A stretch of DNA of 45,975 nt from the NCBI GenBank assembly GCA_035477635.1, contig DATIKK010000031.1, positions 1 to 45,975 on the forward strand, written 5' to 3'. Position 1 is the stretch's first letter, and each line of letters starts with the position of its first letter. The notes beneath the pieces were generated by a model. That model was given only the letters and a program-made list of their open reading frames with translations, was not told the origin of the DNA and made no database searches. The translations under genes were made by a program, and so were the position numbers. Positions 26,337 to 36,159 of this stretch are shown here, one piece after another. The DNA is from Bacteroidales bacterium (lineage in GTDB: Bacteria > Bacteroidota > Bacteroidia > Bacteroidales > UBA7960).

Positions 26337-28965
26337 ATTTTCCGAGCAACCTTTTTATTTCATTAAGTTTCATGAGAGCCTCAACTGGTGTGAGCGTATT
26401 TATGTCGATATTCATTATATCGTCCTTAATTTGCTCAAGTAAGGGATCGTCAAGTTGAAAAATACTCAGTTGGTAGTTTGCCTTTTTTTGTTCCGGGAGG
26501 AGTGCCTGGTTTGCCGAGGTTTTGGATAATTCTTCATGGCTGTGTTCTTTCTCCAACCGTAACATTATCTGATTGGCGCGCTCTATTACCCGTGCAGGCA
26601 TACCAGCCATCCTTGCAACATGAATACCAAAACTATGTTCGCTCCCTCCCGGAACCAATTTTCGCAGAAAAATAATTTTGTTGTTCAACTCTTTGATGGA
26701 AACATTGTAGTTCTTGATGCGTTGAAACATTGCCGCCATCTCATTAAGCTCATGATAATGCGTAGCAAATAGTGTTTTTGCCCTGAGCATAGGGTGTTCA
26801 TGCAAATATTCGGCAATTGCCCAGGCAATGCTGATACCATCGTAAGTACTCGTACCGCGTCCAATCTCATCGAGTAAAATAAGGCTGCGATTGGAAATAT
26901 TGTTCAAAATGCTCGCAGTTTCGTTCATCTCGACCATAAAGGTCGATTCGCCCAATGAAATATTGTCGGAGGCGCCAACTCTTGTAAAAATTTTGTCAAC
27001 CATCCCTATTGATGCCTTTTCGGCTGAAACGAAACTTCCCATTTGTGCCATCAGCACAATCAGAGCTGTTTGCCTCAGCAAAGCTGATTTCCCCGACATA
27101 TTTGGGCCGGTAACAATCAGAATTTGCTGGTTGTCGTTGTCAAGGTAAACGTCATTTGCCACGTATTCCTCGCCTGGTGGCAGGTGCTGCTCAATAACAG
27201 GATGTCTCCCTCCCTTTATATCAAGAATGAAAGTATCATTTAATTCTGGCCTGGAATAATTGTATTGTCGAGCAACTAAAGAAAAACACAACAACACATC
27301 AAGACGGCCGATTACCCCGGCATTGACCTGAATGGGGCCAATGTACTCCTGTATAGCCAATACCAGAGCGTTAAACAATTCCTCCTCCTTTTGCAGAATC
27401 AGTTCCTCTGCTGCAAGTATTTTTGATTCGTACTCTTTCAACTCAGGTGTAATGTAACGCTCACAGTTAACCAGCGTTTGCTTCCTTTCCCAATCGGCAG
27501 GCACCTTGTCGCGGTGCGTGTTGGTAACCTCTATATAATACCCAAAAACATTGTTGTAAGATATCTTGATGTTCTGTATGCCGGTACGCTCAATTTCACG
27601 TTGCCTTAGCCGGGCAAGATAGTTCTTTCCTTCGTAGGCTATGCTTCGCAACTCATCAAGTTCGGCTGATACACCGCTGGCGATTACGTTTCCTTTTGAG
27701 ATTAAAAGCGAGGGTTCACTTTTTATTTCCCGGGCAATACGCTCCCTTATCAATAAGCATGGATTTAGTTGGTCGCCTGCAGCCTTCAGGGGGTTGCAAC
27801 CGCTTTCTATACAAAGTGTTCTCATTGGCTCAATAACTTCAAGCGCTTTTTGAAGATGATTCACTTCGCGCGGGTTTACTTTCCCGACGGCAACTTTCGA
27901 AATAAGCCGCTCAAGGTCACCAATCTGTAAGATATACGAACCAAGCGCGTCAGAAAATGACCTGTTTTCAATCAAAAAACTTACCACCTCGTGTCGCTCA
28001 GTAATCTGGGATTTATCCCTGAGCGGAAGTAAAATCCACCTTTTTAGCAGCCTGCTGCCCATGGGCGTTACCGTGTGGTCGAGCACCTTTATTAGCGGAG
28101 AGGCATTTTCGTTTGGTGAGTGTAATATTTCAAGGTTCCTGATGGTAAACTTATCGAGCCAGACAAATTGATGGGCATCTATTCGCGAGATACGGCTTAT
28201 GTGCGCTAACTGCTGATGCCGGGTTTCGGAAAGGTAGTGTAACACCGCGCCTGCAGCAATAATGCCACAGTGGAGGGAATCAATTCCAAACCCCTTAAAC
28301 GAAACTGTGCCAAAATGTTTTAACAGCAGATCATCGGCAAAATCGCGGGTAAAGACCCAATCGTCGAAAGTTGTGATAAAAAATTTTCCTCCGAAAGTTG
28401 ATTTAAAATATGTCTGCTGATTTTTTTGAATTACTACTTCGCTTGGGCGAAAACTCTGCAATAACTTGTCGATATATTCTACTTTCCCCTGATCGGCAAT
28501 AAATTCACCAGTCGAGACATCAAGAAAGGCAATACCGATAATGTCGTCGTTAAGATGAAGGGCAGCTAAAAAGTTATTTTCTTTATGGTCAAGTACTTTA
28601 TCGCTGAATGCAATTCCAGGAGTAATCAATTCGGTAACTCCTCTTTTCACGATTTTTTTCGCCAGTTTAGGGTCTTCAAGTTGCTCGCAAATGGCAACCC
28701 TCTGCCCTGCCTTCACCAAACGAGGCAAATAAGTATCGAGGGCATGAAATGGAAAACCTGCCAACTCAACAAACGAGGCTGCGCCATTGGCACGCCGCGT
28801 TAGTACAATTCCGAGTATTTCGGAGGTCTTTTTAGCATCTTCGCCAAAGGTTTCATAAAAATCGCCTACCCTGAACAACAACAAAGCATCGGGATGCTTT
28901 GCCTTGATTGAATAATATTGCTTCATCAAGGGAGTCTCGACAAAAGAGGCTTGAGAATTTGTCAC
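26335..28965 (-). CDS. mutS: DNA mismatch repair protein MutS
   Basis: 876 aa with N-terminal TPLMKQYYSIKAKHPDALLLFRVGDFYETF, Walker A GPNMSGKS and DEIGRGTSTYDG. The start is GTG at 28965. Confidence 0.95.
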   Translation of the reverse strand: MTNSQASFVETPLMKQYYSIKAKHPDALLLFRVGDFYETFGEDAKKTSEILGIVLTRRANGAASFVELAGFPFHALDTYLPRLVKAGQRVAICEQLEDPKLAKKIVKRGVTELITPGIAFSDKVLDHKENNFLAALHLNDDIIGIAFLDVSTGEFIADQGKVEYIDKLLQSFRPSEVVIQKNQQTYFKSTFGGKFFITTFDDWVFTRDFADDLLLKHFGTVSFKGFGIDSLHCGIIAAGAVLHYLSETRHQQLAHISRISRIDAHQFVWLDKFTIRNLEILHSPNENASPLIKVLDHTVTPMGSRLLKRWILLPLRDKSQITERHEVVSFLIENRSFSDALGSYILQIGDLERLISKVAVGKVNPREVNHLQKALEVIEPMRTLCIESGCNPLKAAGDQLNPCLLIRERIAREIKSEPSLLISKGNVIASGVSAELDELRSIAYEGKNYLARLRQREIERTGIQNIKISYNNVFGYYIEVTNTHRDKVPADWERKQTLVNCERYITPELKEYESKILAAEELILQKEEELFNALVLAIQEYIGPIQVNAGVIGRLDVLLCFSLVARQYNYSRPELNDTFILDIKGGRHPVIEQHLPPGEEYVANDVYLDNDNQQILIVTGPNMSGKSALLRQTALIVLMAQMGSFVSAEKASIGMVDKIFTRVGASDNISLGESTFMVEMNETASILNNISNRSLILLDEIGRGTSTYDGISIAWAIAEYLHEHPMLRAKTLFATHYHELNEMAAMFQRIKNYNVSIKELNNKIIFLRKLVPGGSEHSFGIHVARMAGMPARVIERANQIMLRLEKEHSHEELSKTSANQALLPEQKKANYQLSIFQLDDPLLEQIKDDIMNIDINTLTPVEALMKLNEIKRLLGK

Positions 28966-28984
28966 CGGATTCGGGTTTATTTCA

Positions 28985-28992
28985 CAAAAATA
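28985..28992 (-). promoter_or_regulatory. candidate -7 promoter box (TATTTTTG) for mutS
   Basis: Matches TAnnTTTG on the minus strand, ending 19 nt upstream of the GTG start. Confidence 0.4.
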
Positions 28993-29164
28993 AGGAAAAT
29001 CGAAAAAGTCTGCCGGGAAGCTTCCTGCTATTTTCGAGGCAAAGATCCAAAGTTTGCCGGGACTGCACCGGCAGCATATTAATTTTATTTTGAAAGCAAC
29101 AATATTATATCATGCTTATTTCAAAGTTTTTTTATCCTGAGTTACGGCAACTTGCTATTTGGCC

Positions 29165-29195
29165 AAAAAAAAACCTGCCCGGTAATAGGCAGGTT
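29165..29195 (-). terminator. rho-independent terminator after tRNA-Met
   Basis: The minus strand reads AACCTGCC-tattaccg-GGCAGGTT followed by a T-run. Confidence 0.7.
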
Positions 29196-29203
29196 GTCAT
29201 TTG

Positions 29204-29275
<72 letters not shown>

Positions 29276-29293
29276 GTAGTTAAAATTTGACTG

Positions 29294-29301
29294 CAAAGTT
29301 A
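29294..29301 (-). promoter_or_regulatory. -7 promoter box (TAACTTTG) for tRNA-Met
   Basis: Matches TAnnTTTG 18 nt upstream of the mature tRNA 5' end, the same spacing as at the other two tRNAs. Confidence 0.5.
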
Positions 29302-29352
29302 AGCAAATAATTATTATTCGTCATTGCATTAAGAATTTTTTTAAAAATAACC

Positions 29353-29360
29353 TACTTTTG
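29353..29360 (+). promoter_or_regulatory. candidate -7 promoter box (TACTTTTG) for era-der
   Basis: Matches TAnnTTTG ~96 nt upstream of the era ATG. The TTG used as the ORF-track start (29358) lies inside this box. Confidence 0.4.
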
Positions 29361-29456
29361 CAAATCAATTACCAACCGAAAGAACCACAGGTATCCTCAT
29401 CCCTTACACGCCAGCCTTTTTCGGTTTTTTGGAAATTTATCCAGTTTTCACAAACG

Positions 29457-30335
29457 ATGCATAAAGCCGGTTTTGTAAATATAATAGGCAACCCCAATGT
29501 GGGCAAATCTACCCTGATGAACGCCCTGGTTGGTGAAAAAATTTCTATAATTACCCCCAAAGCACAAACTACGAGGCACCGTATTTTGGGCATTTTAAAC
29601 GGTGAAAACTACCAGATTGTATTTTCTGATACGCCGGGCGTGTTGAAACCAGGCTACAAGCTACAGGAACATATGATGCGGGCAGTAAAAAGTACAGTAA
29701 TGGATGCTGATATTTTTATTTTGCTTACTGAAGTAGCTTCTGGTTTTGACCATCATGAACTATTGGAACAAATTCAGAAAACGGGAGTACCCGTGCTACT
29801 GCTCCTCAACAAAATAGACCTTTCGAATATGGAGCAGGTTGTTACTCGTGTTGAAGAATGGAAAAGTCGCTTCCCAAACTGGCTTGTTTTGCCCATTTCG
29901 GCCCTGCAAAAATTCAACCTCGACCAGGTATTAAACAAAATTGTCGAGTTGCTTCCAACCTCTCCACCGTTTTTTACACAGGATGAACTGACCGACAGGC
30001 CGCAGCGATTTTTTGTTGCGGAAATAATCCGGGAAAAAATACTTCTGAACTACCAAAAGGAAATCCCTTATTCGGTTGAGGTGAATGTTGAATCATTCGT
30101 TGAGGAAGATAAGCTGATAAGGATTAGATGTGTAATTTATGTTTCGCGCGAATCGCAAAAAGGTATTATTATAGGGCACCGGGGAAGCATGTTGAAAAAA
30201 GTAGGAACCGAATCGCGAATTGATATTGAGGATTTTCTTGGGAAAAAGACATTTCTTGAGTTACACGTAAAGGTAAGCAAGAACTGGAGAGAGAACGATA
30301 CCATGTTGAAACGCTTTGGTTACAGCAATCAATAA
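29457..30335 (+). CDS. era: GTPase Era
   Basis: The ATG at 29457 gives [22 protein letters not shown] (G1). It also has DTPG (G3), NKID (G4) and a C-terminal KH domain. Confidence 0.93.
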   Translation: MHKAGFVNIIGNPNVGKSTLMNALVGEKISIITPKAQTTRHRILGILNGENYQIVFSDTPGVLKPGYKLQEHMMRAVKSTVMDADIFILLTEVASGFDHHELLEQIQKTGVPVLLLLNKIDLSNMEQVVTRVEEWKSRFPNWLVLPISALQKFNLDQVLNKIVELLPTSPPFFTQDELTDRPQRFFVAEIIREKILLNYQKEIPYSVEVNVESFVEEDKLIRIRCVIYVSRESQKGIIIGHRGSMLKKVGTESRIDIEDFLGKKTFLELHVKVSKNWRENDTMLKRFGYSNQ

Positions 30336-30387
30336 CCCCATCAGGTTTTGTTAATTACAGCCCAAAAAAGAAAAAAGATAACGCTAC

Positions 30388-31695
30388 ATGGCAAACATTG
30401 CAGCCCTGGTTGGCCGGCCTAACGTAGGCAAGTCAACTCTTTTCAACCGTCTTACTCAAACCCGTACGGCCATAGTTGATTCCACTGCGGGGGTTACCCG
30501 CGACCGGCACTATGGAAAAAGCGACTGGAACGGAATTGAATTTTCGGTAATCGATACTGGTGGGTATGTGGTTAGTTCTGCAGATGTATTCGAGGAACAA
30601 ATTAGGCGCCAGGTAAGCCTTGCCATTGACGAGGCCACCGCAATTTTATTTCTGGTTGATACGCAAGAGGGGATGACTCCCATGGACGAGGAGGTTGCAG
30701 ACATTTTGCGGAGAAGCGGTAAGAAGGTGCTGCTGGTTGCCAATAAGGTTGATAGCAGCAAGCACCAGAACGACATACATAACTTCTATAAACTTGGCAT
30801 GGGCGAGGTATTTGGCATATCGTCAATAAGCGGTAGCGGAACAGGTGAACTGCTTGACGCTCTGGTTGAGGTCTTTGAAAAGAATCCCCAAGAAGAGCCC
30901 GCCGAAAACCTCCCAAAAATTGCAGTCATTGGAAGGCCAAACGTGGGGAAGTCGTCGCTCATAAATGCCCTTATCGGCCAGGAAAGGAATATCGTTACTG
31001 ATATTCCGGGTACTACACGCGACTCAATTTATACCCGCTATAATACGCATGGCTTTGATTTTTTTCTTGTGGATACAGCCGGGCTTCGAAAAAAAGGTAA
31101 GGTTACCGAAAATATTGAATTTTATTCGGTAATGAGATCAGTGCGGGCAATAGAAAATGCAGATGTTTGCCTTTTGCTTGTTGACGCCGTACAGGGGTTT
31201 CAATCGCAGGACACTAATATTTTTTCACTTGCAGCGCGAAACAACAAAGGGGTTGTTATATTGGTAAATAAATGGGACCTCGTTGAAAAAGACCACAAAA
31301 CGGCTGTCAACTTCGAAAAGACTATCAAGCAGTTAATTGCTCCCTTTAACGATGTGCCGGTGATTTTCACTTCGGTTCTTAACAAACAACGCATTTACAA
31401 AGCCATGGAAGCAGCTTTGCAGGTTTACCGATCAAGGGAACTCAAAATTTCAACAAGCAAGCTCAATGAAGTTTTACTTCCAATTATTGAAGGCAATCCG
31501 CCGCCTTCGTCCAAAGGTAAGTACGTAAAAATCAAATACATTACTCAATTACCTACCCCATATCCGACCTTTGCCTTTTTTTGTAATCTTCCGCAATACG
31601 TACGTGAGTCTTATTATCGCTTTTTGGAAAACAAAATACGTGAAAACTGGGATTTTTGCGGGGTTCCGATCCGGATTTACTTCAGGAAAAAATAA
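30388..31695 (+). CDS. der: ribosome biogenesis GTPase Der (EngA)
   Basis: 435 aa with two tandem GTPase domains ([12 protein letters not shown] and [13 protein letters not shown], each with DTGG/DTAG and NKVD/NKWD) plus a KH-like C-terminus. Confidence 0.95.
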   Translation: MANIAALVGRPNVGKSTLFNRLTQTRTAIVDSTAGVTRDRHYGKSDWNGIEFSVIDTGGYVVSSADVFEEQIRRQVSLAIDEATAILFLVDTQEGMTPMDEEVADILRRSGKKVLLVANKVDSSKHQNDIHNFYKLGMGEVFGISSISGSGTGELLDALVEVFEKNPQEEPAENLPKIAVIGRPNVGKSSLINALIGQERNIVTDIPGTTRDSIYTRYNTHGFDFFLVDTAGLRKKGKVTENIEFYSVMRSVRAIENADVCLLLVDAVQGFQSQDTNIFSLAARNNKGVVILVNKWDLVEKDHKTAVNFEKTIKQLIAPFNDVPVIFTSVLNKQRIYKAMEAALQVYRSRELKISTSKLNEVLLPIIEGNPPPSSKGKYVKIKYITQLPTPYPTFAFFCNLPQYVRESYYRFLENKIRENWDFCGVPIRIYFRKK

Positions 31696-31701
31696 GTGTT
31701 A

Positions 31702-32085
31702 ATGTCATTATCCGAAGGATTACGTATTGACAAATGGCTATGGGCTGTGCGGGTCTTCCGCACCCGTAGCCTTGCAACTCAGGCATGTAAGGCAGGCAAG
31801 GTCAAGGTTGAGGGGCAGGAAGTAAAGCCTTCGCGCGAAGTACGAAAGGATTTGATAATTCAAGTAAATGACGGACCGCTTAAGCGATTAATCAAAGTGG
31901 TTGAGTTATCCAATAACAGGGTTGGCCCGAAACTAGTCAACTCCTTTATGCATGACCTTACTCCTCCCGAAGAATATGAAAAGCTCAGGGAGTTAAATAA
32001 ATCTGCCCTCAAGCGGCCACGTGGTGCAGGGCGTCCTACAAAAAAAGAGAGGCGCGACATTGGCACCTGGTTAGGATGGGATTAG
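31702..32085 (+). CDS. S4-domain RNA-binding protein (Hsp15/HslR-like)
   Basis: ~127 aa with RIDKWLWAVRVFRTRSLATQACKAGKVKVEG, typical of the S4/Hsp15 fold, and a basic C-terminal tail. The frame opens with GTG at 31696 immediately after the der stop; the ATG is at 31702. Confidence 0.8.
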   Translation: MSLSEGLRIDKWLWAVRVFRTRSLATQACKAGKVKVEGQEVKPSREVRKDLIIQVNDGPLKRLIKVVELSNNRVGPKLVNSFMHDLTPPEEYEKLRELNKSALKRPRGAGRPTKKERRDIGTWLGWD

Positions 32086-34196
32086 CTTTCAAGCGGTGGC
32101 TGCGGTCCCAGAGTGAAGTAAAAAGAGGTGCCCTGGTTACTTCCTTCAGATTTGGCCCATACTTTGCCGCCATGGTGTTCGATTATACGTTTCACCACTG
32201 CTAACCCAAGACCGGTTCCCTGAATATTTGCATTAAACCTCACAAATGGATAAAACACCTTTTCCAGGTTCTTTGGTTCAATACCCAGGCCATTGTCTTT
32301 TATATAGTAGCAAACCTGGCCATCCTCACGCTTACTGCCAATTTCGATACGAAGTTTTTCGGAAGGGTTACGAAATTTAACTGCGTTTTCGATGAGGTTT
32401 TGAATGGCCTCAGCCACACGCGAACGATCACCGTAAGCATCAGGAAGCACCGACACCACCTCCAAATTTGCCTCTCCCTCCTTTAACAGACCGTGCAGAT
32501 AAAGACTCAGTTCTGAAACAAGATTTTCCATTGAGAACCAGCTTGATGGGTTCCCTAATCTGCCCGAACGGGAAAGTTTCAACAAATCCTCGAGTAATTG
32601 ATGCATCCGGTTCGTTGCTGAGGTGATACGTTCAAGACCCTCCTTAACCATCGCTCTATCGCCAGATTCGAAATCAGATACCAGAAACGGCAAGGAGCCT
32701 TTTATGGTAATAAGGGGACTGCGAAAATCATGCGAAACAATATAGGTAAACTGGTCGAGTTCGGAATTGATTCGCTCAAGGTCCTCAAGATGCTTTCTTA
32801 TTATGTTTTCGTTTTTTATGCGTTCGGAAATATCAAAATAAACTCCTATTATTCCCTGCGGAATCCCTTCCGAATCAAAAAACAGGGATTTATTATAAAC
32901 CACATTCTTTTGACTACCGTCGCGGTATTTGATCACCATGTCGCGATTGTAATCCTTTAAGAGTGTCAGCAATAAATGGTCATTTTCGTCAATTTCCGGC
33001 TTGTTTTCAACCACGCCTAACTCTGCCATTTGTTTTCCTACTATCTGCTCATGCTGTAACCCGAGGTATTTTTCAAACTCGGTATTGCATCCCATTATCT
33101 TGCCCTGAAGATTTTTGTAAAACAAGGGAAATGGTAAATTATTCAGAATATTCGACAGCAAAATATTTTGATCAATAAGTGCCTTCTCGGCCGTCCGTTG
33201 TCCGCTAATATCGAGTAAAAACCCCTCAAAGAAAAGCAGGTTATTTGCATCATCATATACTCCCACCGTACGGTCCCAAACCCATTTCACCTGCCCTGCC
33301 GAAGTAATGATGCGGTAATCAAATATTCCCGGAAGTTTATCCTGAACCATTTTTTTTACTTCGGATATTACCTTTTGTTGGTCGTCAGGATGGATCAGTT
33401 CGAAAAAAGAAATTTCCTCATTATTTATCAGAGCATCAGGAAGATAGCCTGTCAGTTCATAACATCCTTTACTTGCAGATAGCATTGAAAAATTTGAATC
33501 GTTAAGGCATCGGTAGGCCATACCGGGAAGGTTCTCCATAATGTTGGTCAATTGACGCTCCGAGTCTTTCAATGCCTTTTCGCTTGCCTTCAATGCCTTG
33601 AATGCATAGCGTAATCCTGTTATGTCGATAACCATAACCAATTTGAAACAGTCGCTGTTTTTCAAGGGAAGTTGGTTGCAAATTAGCTCAACATCTATGT
33701 AGCTGCCATTTTTTTTCCTGAGTCGGTGGCCGCTGCTTCGGTGAAAGGGGTTTAGCCGGCAGTTAAATGCATTTCCTAATTCATCAAGGTCATTTGGGTC
33801 GAATAGCTCATCTACCTTTAGCTTTAAAAATTCATCCTCATTGTAACCCAGCAAAATTTGAGCTGCCTCATTAACTTCAAAAATTCTTTGATTTTTGTTG
33901 TCAAAAATCCACATTGCCTGAGGGTTGTTTTTAAACAAAAGACTATAATGCTGGCGCGTTTCGTTTAGGGATTTTTGGGTAGCAAGTATTTTGAAAAAAT
34001 ATCGTTTTATGAGGAAAAACAATAACAGGGCGGTAATAATTACAAAAAACCAACCCTTATAGGTTTGAAAAAGGCGCATTGATTCAAGGTTGTTAATTTG
34101 CCTGAGCAAAAAAACATCCGAAAATATAATCCACGATAGCCCCACGATAAGGTAAATGCCGGCAATTCGCCAGTGCGGTCGGGTATTCAAAATCAT
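32082..34196 (-). CDS. PAS-domain sensor histidine kinase (2 N-terminal TM segments, ~3 PAS, HisKA, HATPase_c)
   Basis: H-box SHDFRSPL, N/G boxes (NLIENAVKF, DNGLGI, GTGLGLAVVK) and three PAS-like modules. The ATG at 34196 gives MILNTRPHWR followed by a TM segment; the ORF-track start at 34259 is TTG. The 3' end overlaps the convergent S4-protein gene by 4 nt. Confidence 0.85.
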   Translation of the reverse strand: MILNTRPHWRIAGIYLIVGLSWIIFSDVFLLRQINNLESMRLFQTYKGWFFVIITALLLFFLIKRYFFKILATQKSLNETRQHYSLLFKNNPQAMWIFDNKNQRIFEVNEAAQILLGYNEDEFLKLKVDELFDPNDLDELGNAFNCRLNPFHRSSGHRLRKKNGSYIDVELICNQLPLKNSDCFKLVMVIDITGLRYAFKALKASEKALKDSERQLTNIMENLPGMAYRCLNDSNFSMLSASKGCYELTGYLPDALINNEEISFFELIHPDDQQKVISEVKKMVQDKLPGIFDYRIITSAGQVKWVWDRTVGVYDDANNLLFFEGFLLDISGQRTAEKALIDQNILLSNILNNLPFPLFYKNLQGKIMGCNTEFEKYLGLQHEQIVGKQMAELGVVENKPEIDENDHLLLTLLKDYNRDMVIKYRDGSQKNVVYNKSLFFDSEGIPQGIIGVYFDISERIKNENIIRKHLEDLERINSELDQFTYIVSHDFRSPLITIKGSLPFLVSDFESGDRAMVKEGLERITSATNRMHQLLEDLLKLSRSGRLGNPSSWFSMENLVSELSLYLHGLLKEGEANLEVVSVLPDAYGDRSRVAEAIQNLIENAVKFRNPSEKLRIEIGSKREDGQVCYYIKDNGLGIEPKNLEKVFYPFVRFNANIQGTGLGLAVVKRIIEHHGGKVWAKSEGSNQGTSFYFTLGPQPPLES

Positions 34197-34425
34197 GCCA
34201 GCAAAATAAATTTGTTTTAGATGAATTTGCAAATGGGTGTCAAAAACAAAATTAATCAATTTAAAACACTCTGTCTAACCATTTGAATTCTGCCATTTAT
34301 TACCTTTTTAAATAATAAAAAGGGAGACCCGTTAAAGAATGGTCTGAAAATTTTTATTGCCTTGCATTTTTCAATTACCCGTATTTCAAGGCAAGGTTAA
34401 AAGACGCATTTAAAAAGTTTTTTAA

Positions 34426-34433
34426 TACATTTG
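34426..34433 (+). promoter_or_regulatory. candidate -7 promoter box (TACATTTG) for the M20 peptidase gene
   Basis: Matches TAnnTTTG 108 nt upstream of the ATG at 34542. Confidence 0.4.
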
Positions 34434-34541
34434 CTTCTTTTAGGGCACAAACCAACTATCCCGGGCCAGATGAGGCCAGTTTGCGGGCACCAGGGAGTAA
34501 CATAGCCTTTTCAATTATTTTTTCAATAAACAATTAATTCT

Positions 34542-35912
34542 ATGGAAGATCTTAAAAAGTTTGTAGAACAAAACAAAGAACGCTTTCTGGCTGAATTATT
34601 TGAACTTTTGCGAATTCCATCGGTAAGTTCGAAGGAGGCGCACAAGGACGATATGTATAGGGCTGCCGAATGGATAAGCCAACGATTGGTTGCCGATGGA
34701 GCCGACCGTGCAGAGGTTTATAAAACCGAAGGCCATCCGGTTGTTTACGGCGAAAAAATTGTCAATCCATCATTACCAACAGTTATGGTTTATGGTCATT
34801 ACGATGTGCAACCTGCCGAGCCTTTAGAACTTTGGAATACCCCCCCCTTTGAGCCTGATGTACGCGAAGGAAAAATTTATGCACGAGGCGCCGACGACGA
34901 TAAGGGGCAGATGTACATGCATTTCAAGGCCTTCGAATATCTTGTAAAATCAGGCAAACTGCCATGCAACGTAAAATTCATGATCGAAGGGGAGGAAGAA
35001 ATTGGCTCGCCCAGTCTTGGAAAATTCATCGACCAGAACCGCGACCTGTTGGCCAGTGATGTGATCCTTGTTAGCGACACTTCGATGATTGCTCCAGATA
35101 TACCATCTCTCACTACTGGTTTGAGGGGTCTGGCATATGTGGAGGTTGAAGTAACCGGCCCAAACCGCGACCTCCATAGCGGGGTTTACGGCGGAGCGGT
35201 TGAAAACCCGGTTAATGCACTTGCAAAAATGATTGCCTCCCTGATTGACGAAAATGGAAAGATTACCGTAAAGGGATTCTACGACGATGTGGAGGACCTT
35301 ACCGCTGCAGAAAGGGACGAAATGGCACGGGCGCCTTTTAACCTGGAAGAATACAAAAAAGAACTTGGAATAGCCGAAGTTAAGGGAGAAAAAGGATACT
35401 CAAGCCTTGAGCGAACCGGGATCAGGCCAAGCCTCGATGTAAACGGTATTTGGGGTGGCTATATCGAGAAGGGCGCCAAAACCGTGCTGCCATCAAAAGC
35501 GTACGCAAAGATTTCAATGCGCCTTGTGCCAAATCAGCAATCCGACAAAATTGCCAGGCTCTTCAAGGAACATTTTGAGGCGATTGCTCCAAAAACTGTA
35601 AAAGTAAAAGTTGACATACTTCATGGTGGCGAAGGATACGTATCCCCAACCAATACCATTGGATACCAGGCTGCCTGCAAAGCCTATGAAACAACTTATG
35701 GCCCGAAACCAATTCCGGTCAAAAGCGGTGGAAGTATTCCGATAATCGCACTCTTCGAAAAGAAGCTGGGCGTTAAATCCATACTTATGGGCTTTGGCCT
35801 GGAATCAGATGCTATTCACTCCCCAAATGAACATTACCCGTTAATTCAGTTCTTCAAGGGAGTTGAAACAATTCCATATTTTTACAAATATTTTGCAGAG
35901 TTAAGCAAATAA
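34542..35912 (+). CDS. M20-family dipeptidase (ArgE/DapE/ACY1/CPG2 superfamily)
   Basis: 456 aa with metal-ligand contexts typical of M20 (YGHYDVQP, RGADDDKG, IEGEEEIGS) and a C-terminal HSPNE motif. Confidence 0.85.
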   Translation: MEDLKKFVEQNKERFLAELFELLRIPSVSSKEAHKDDMYRAAEWISQRLVADGADRAEVYKTEGHPVVYGEKIVNPSLPTVMVYGHYDVQPAEPLELWNTPPFEPDVREGKIYARGADDDKGQMYMHFKAFEYLVKSGKLPCNVKFMIEGEEEIGSPSLGKFIDQNRDLLASDVILVSDTSMIAPDIPSLTTGLRGLAYVEVEVTGPNRDLHSGVYGGAVENPVNALAKMIASLIDENGKITVKGFYDDVEDLTAAERDEMARAPFNLEEYKKELGIAEVKGEKGYSSLERTGIRPSLDVNGIWGGYIEKGAKTVLPSKAYAKISMRLVPNQQSDKIARLFKEHFEAIAPKTVKVKVDILHGGEGYVSPTNTIGYQAACKAYETTYGPKPIPVKSGGSIPIIALFEKKLGVKSILMGFGLESDAIHSPNEHYPLIQFFKGVETIPYFYKYFAELSK

Positions 35913-35933
35913 CTACAACCTGCTCCCATTGCT

Positions 35934-35974
35934 ACAGGCAGAAAAGGGAAACACCCTGTTCTGCCTGTTTTTTC
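35934..35974 (+). terminator. rho-independent terminator
   Basis: A perfect 10-bp stem, ACAGGCAGAA (35934-35943) with TTCTGCCTGT (35959-35968), followed by TTTTTT. Confidence 0.75.
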
Positions 35975-36159
35975 TAAATAACGGTTTGGTTCTGTAACTT
36001 AAAACAGGCTTCAGAAACAAACATCCGGATAGTATAAGTATTTAGAAAAGGAATGTTGTTCTCAGAAAAAATTCTTTACATTAGCAGGTTTAATTCCTTG
36101 TTTAAAACACGGCTTTTAAAAACAGCATAAGAAAGGAAGTTAACCTTCAATTTTAATTT

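Noticed and set aside
29367-29456. Attenuator-like structure in the era leader (AACCGAAAG ... CTTTTTCGGTT followed by TTTTTT)
   Set aside because: The putative stem encloses a ~35-nt unstructured loop and contains a bulge. That is too weak to call without comparative support.
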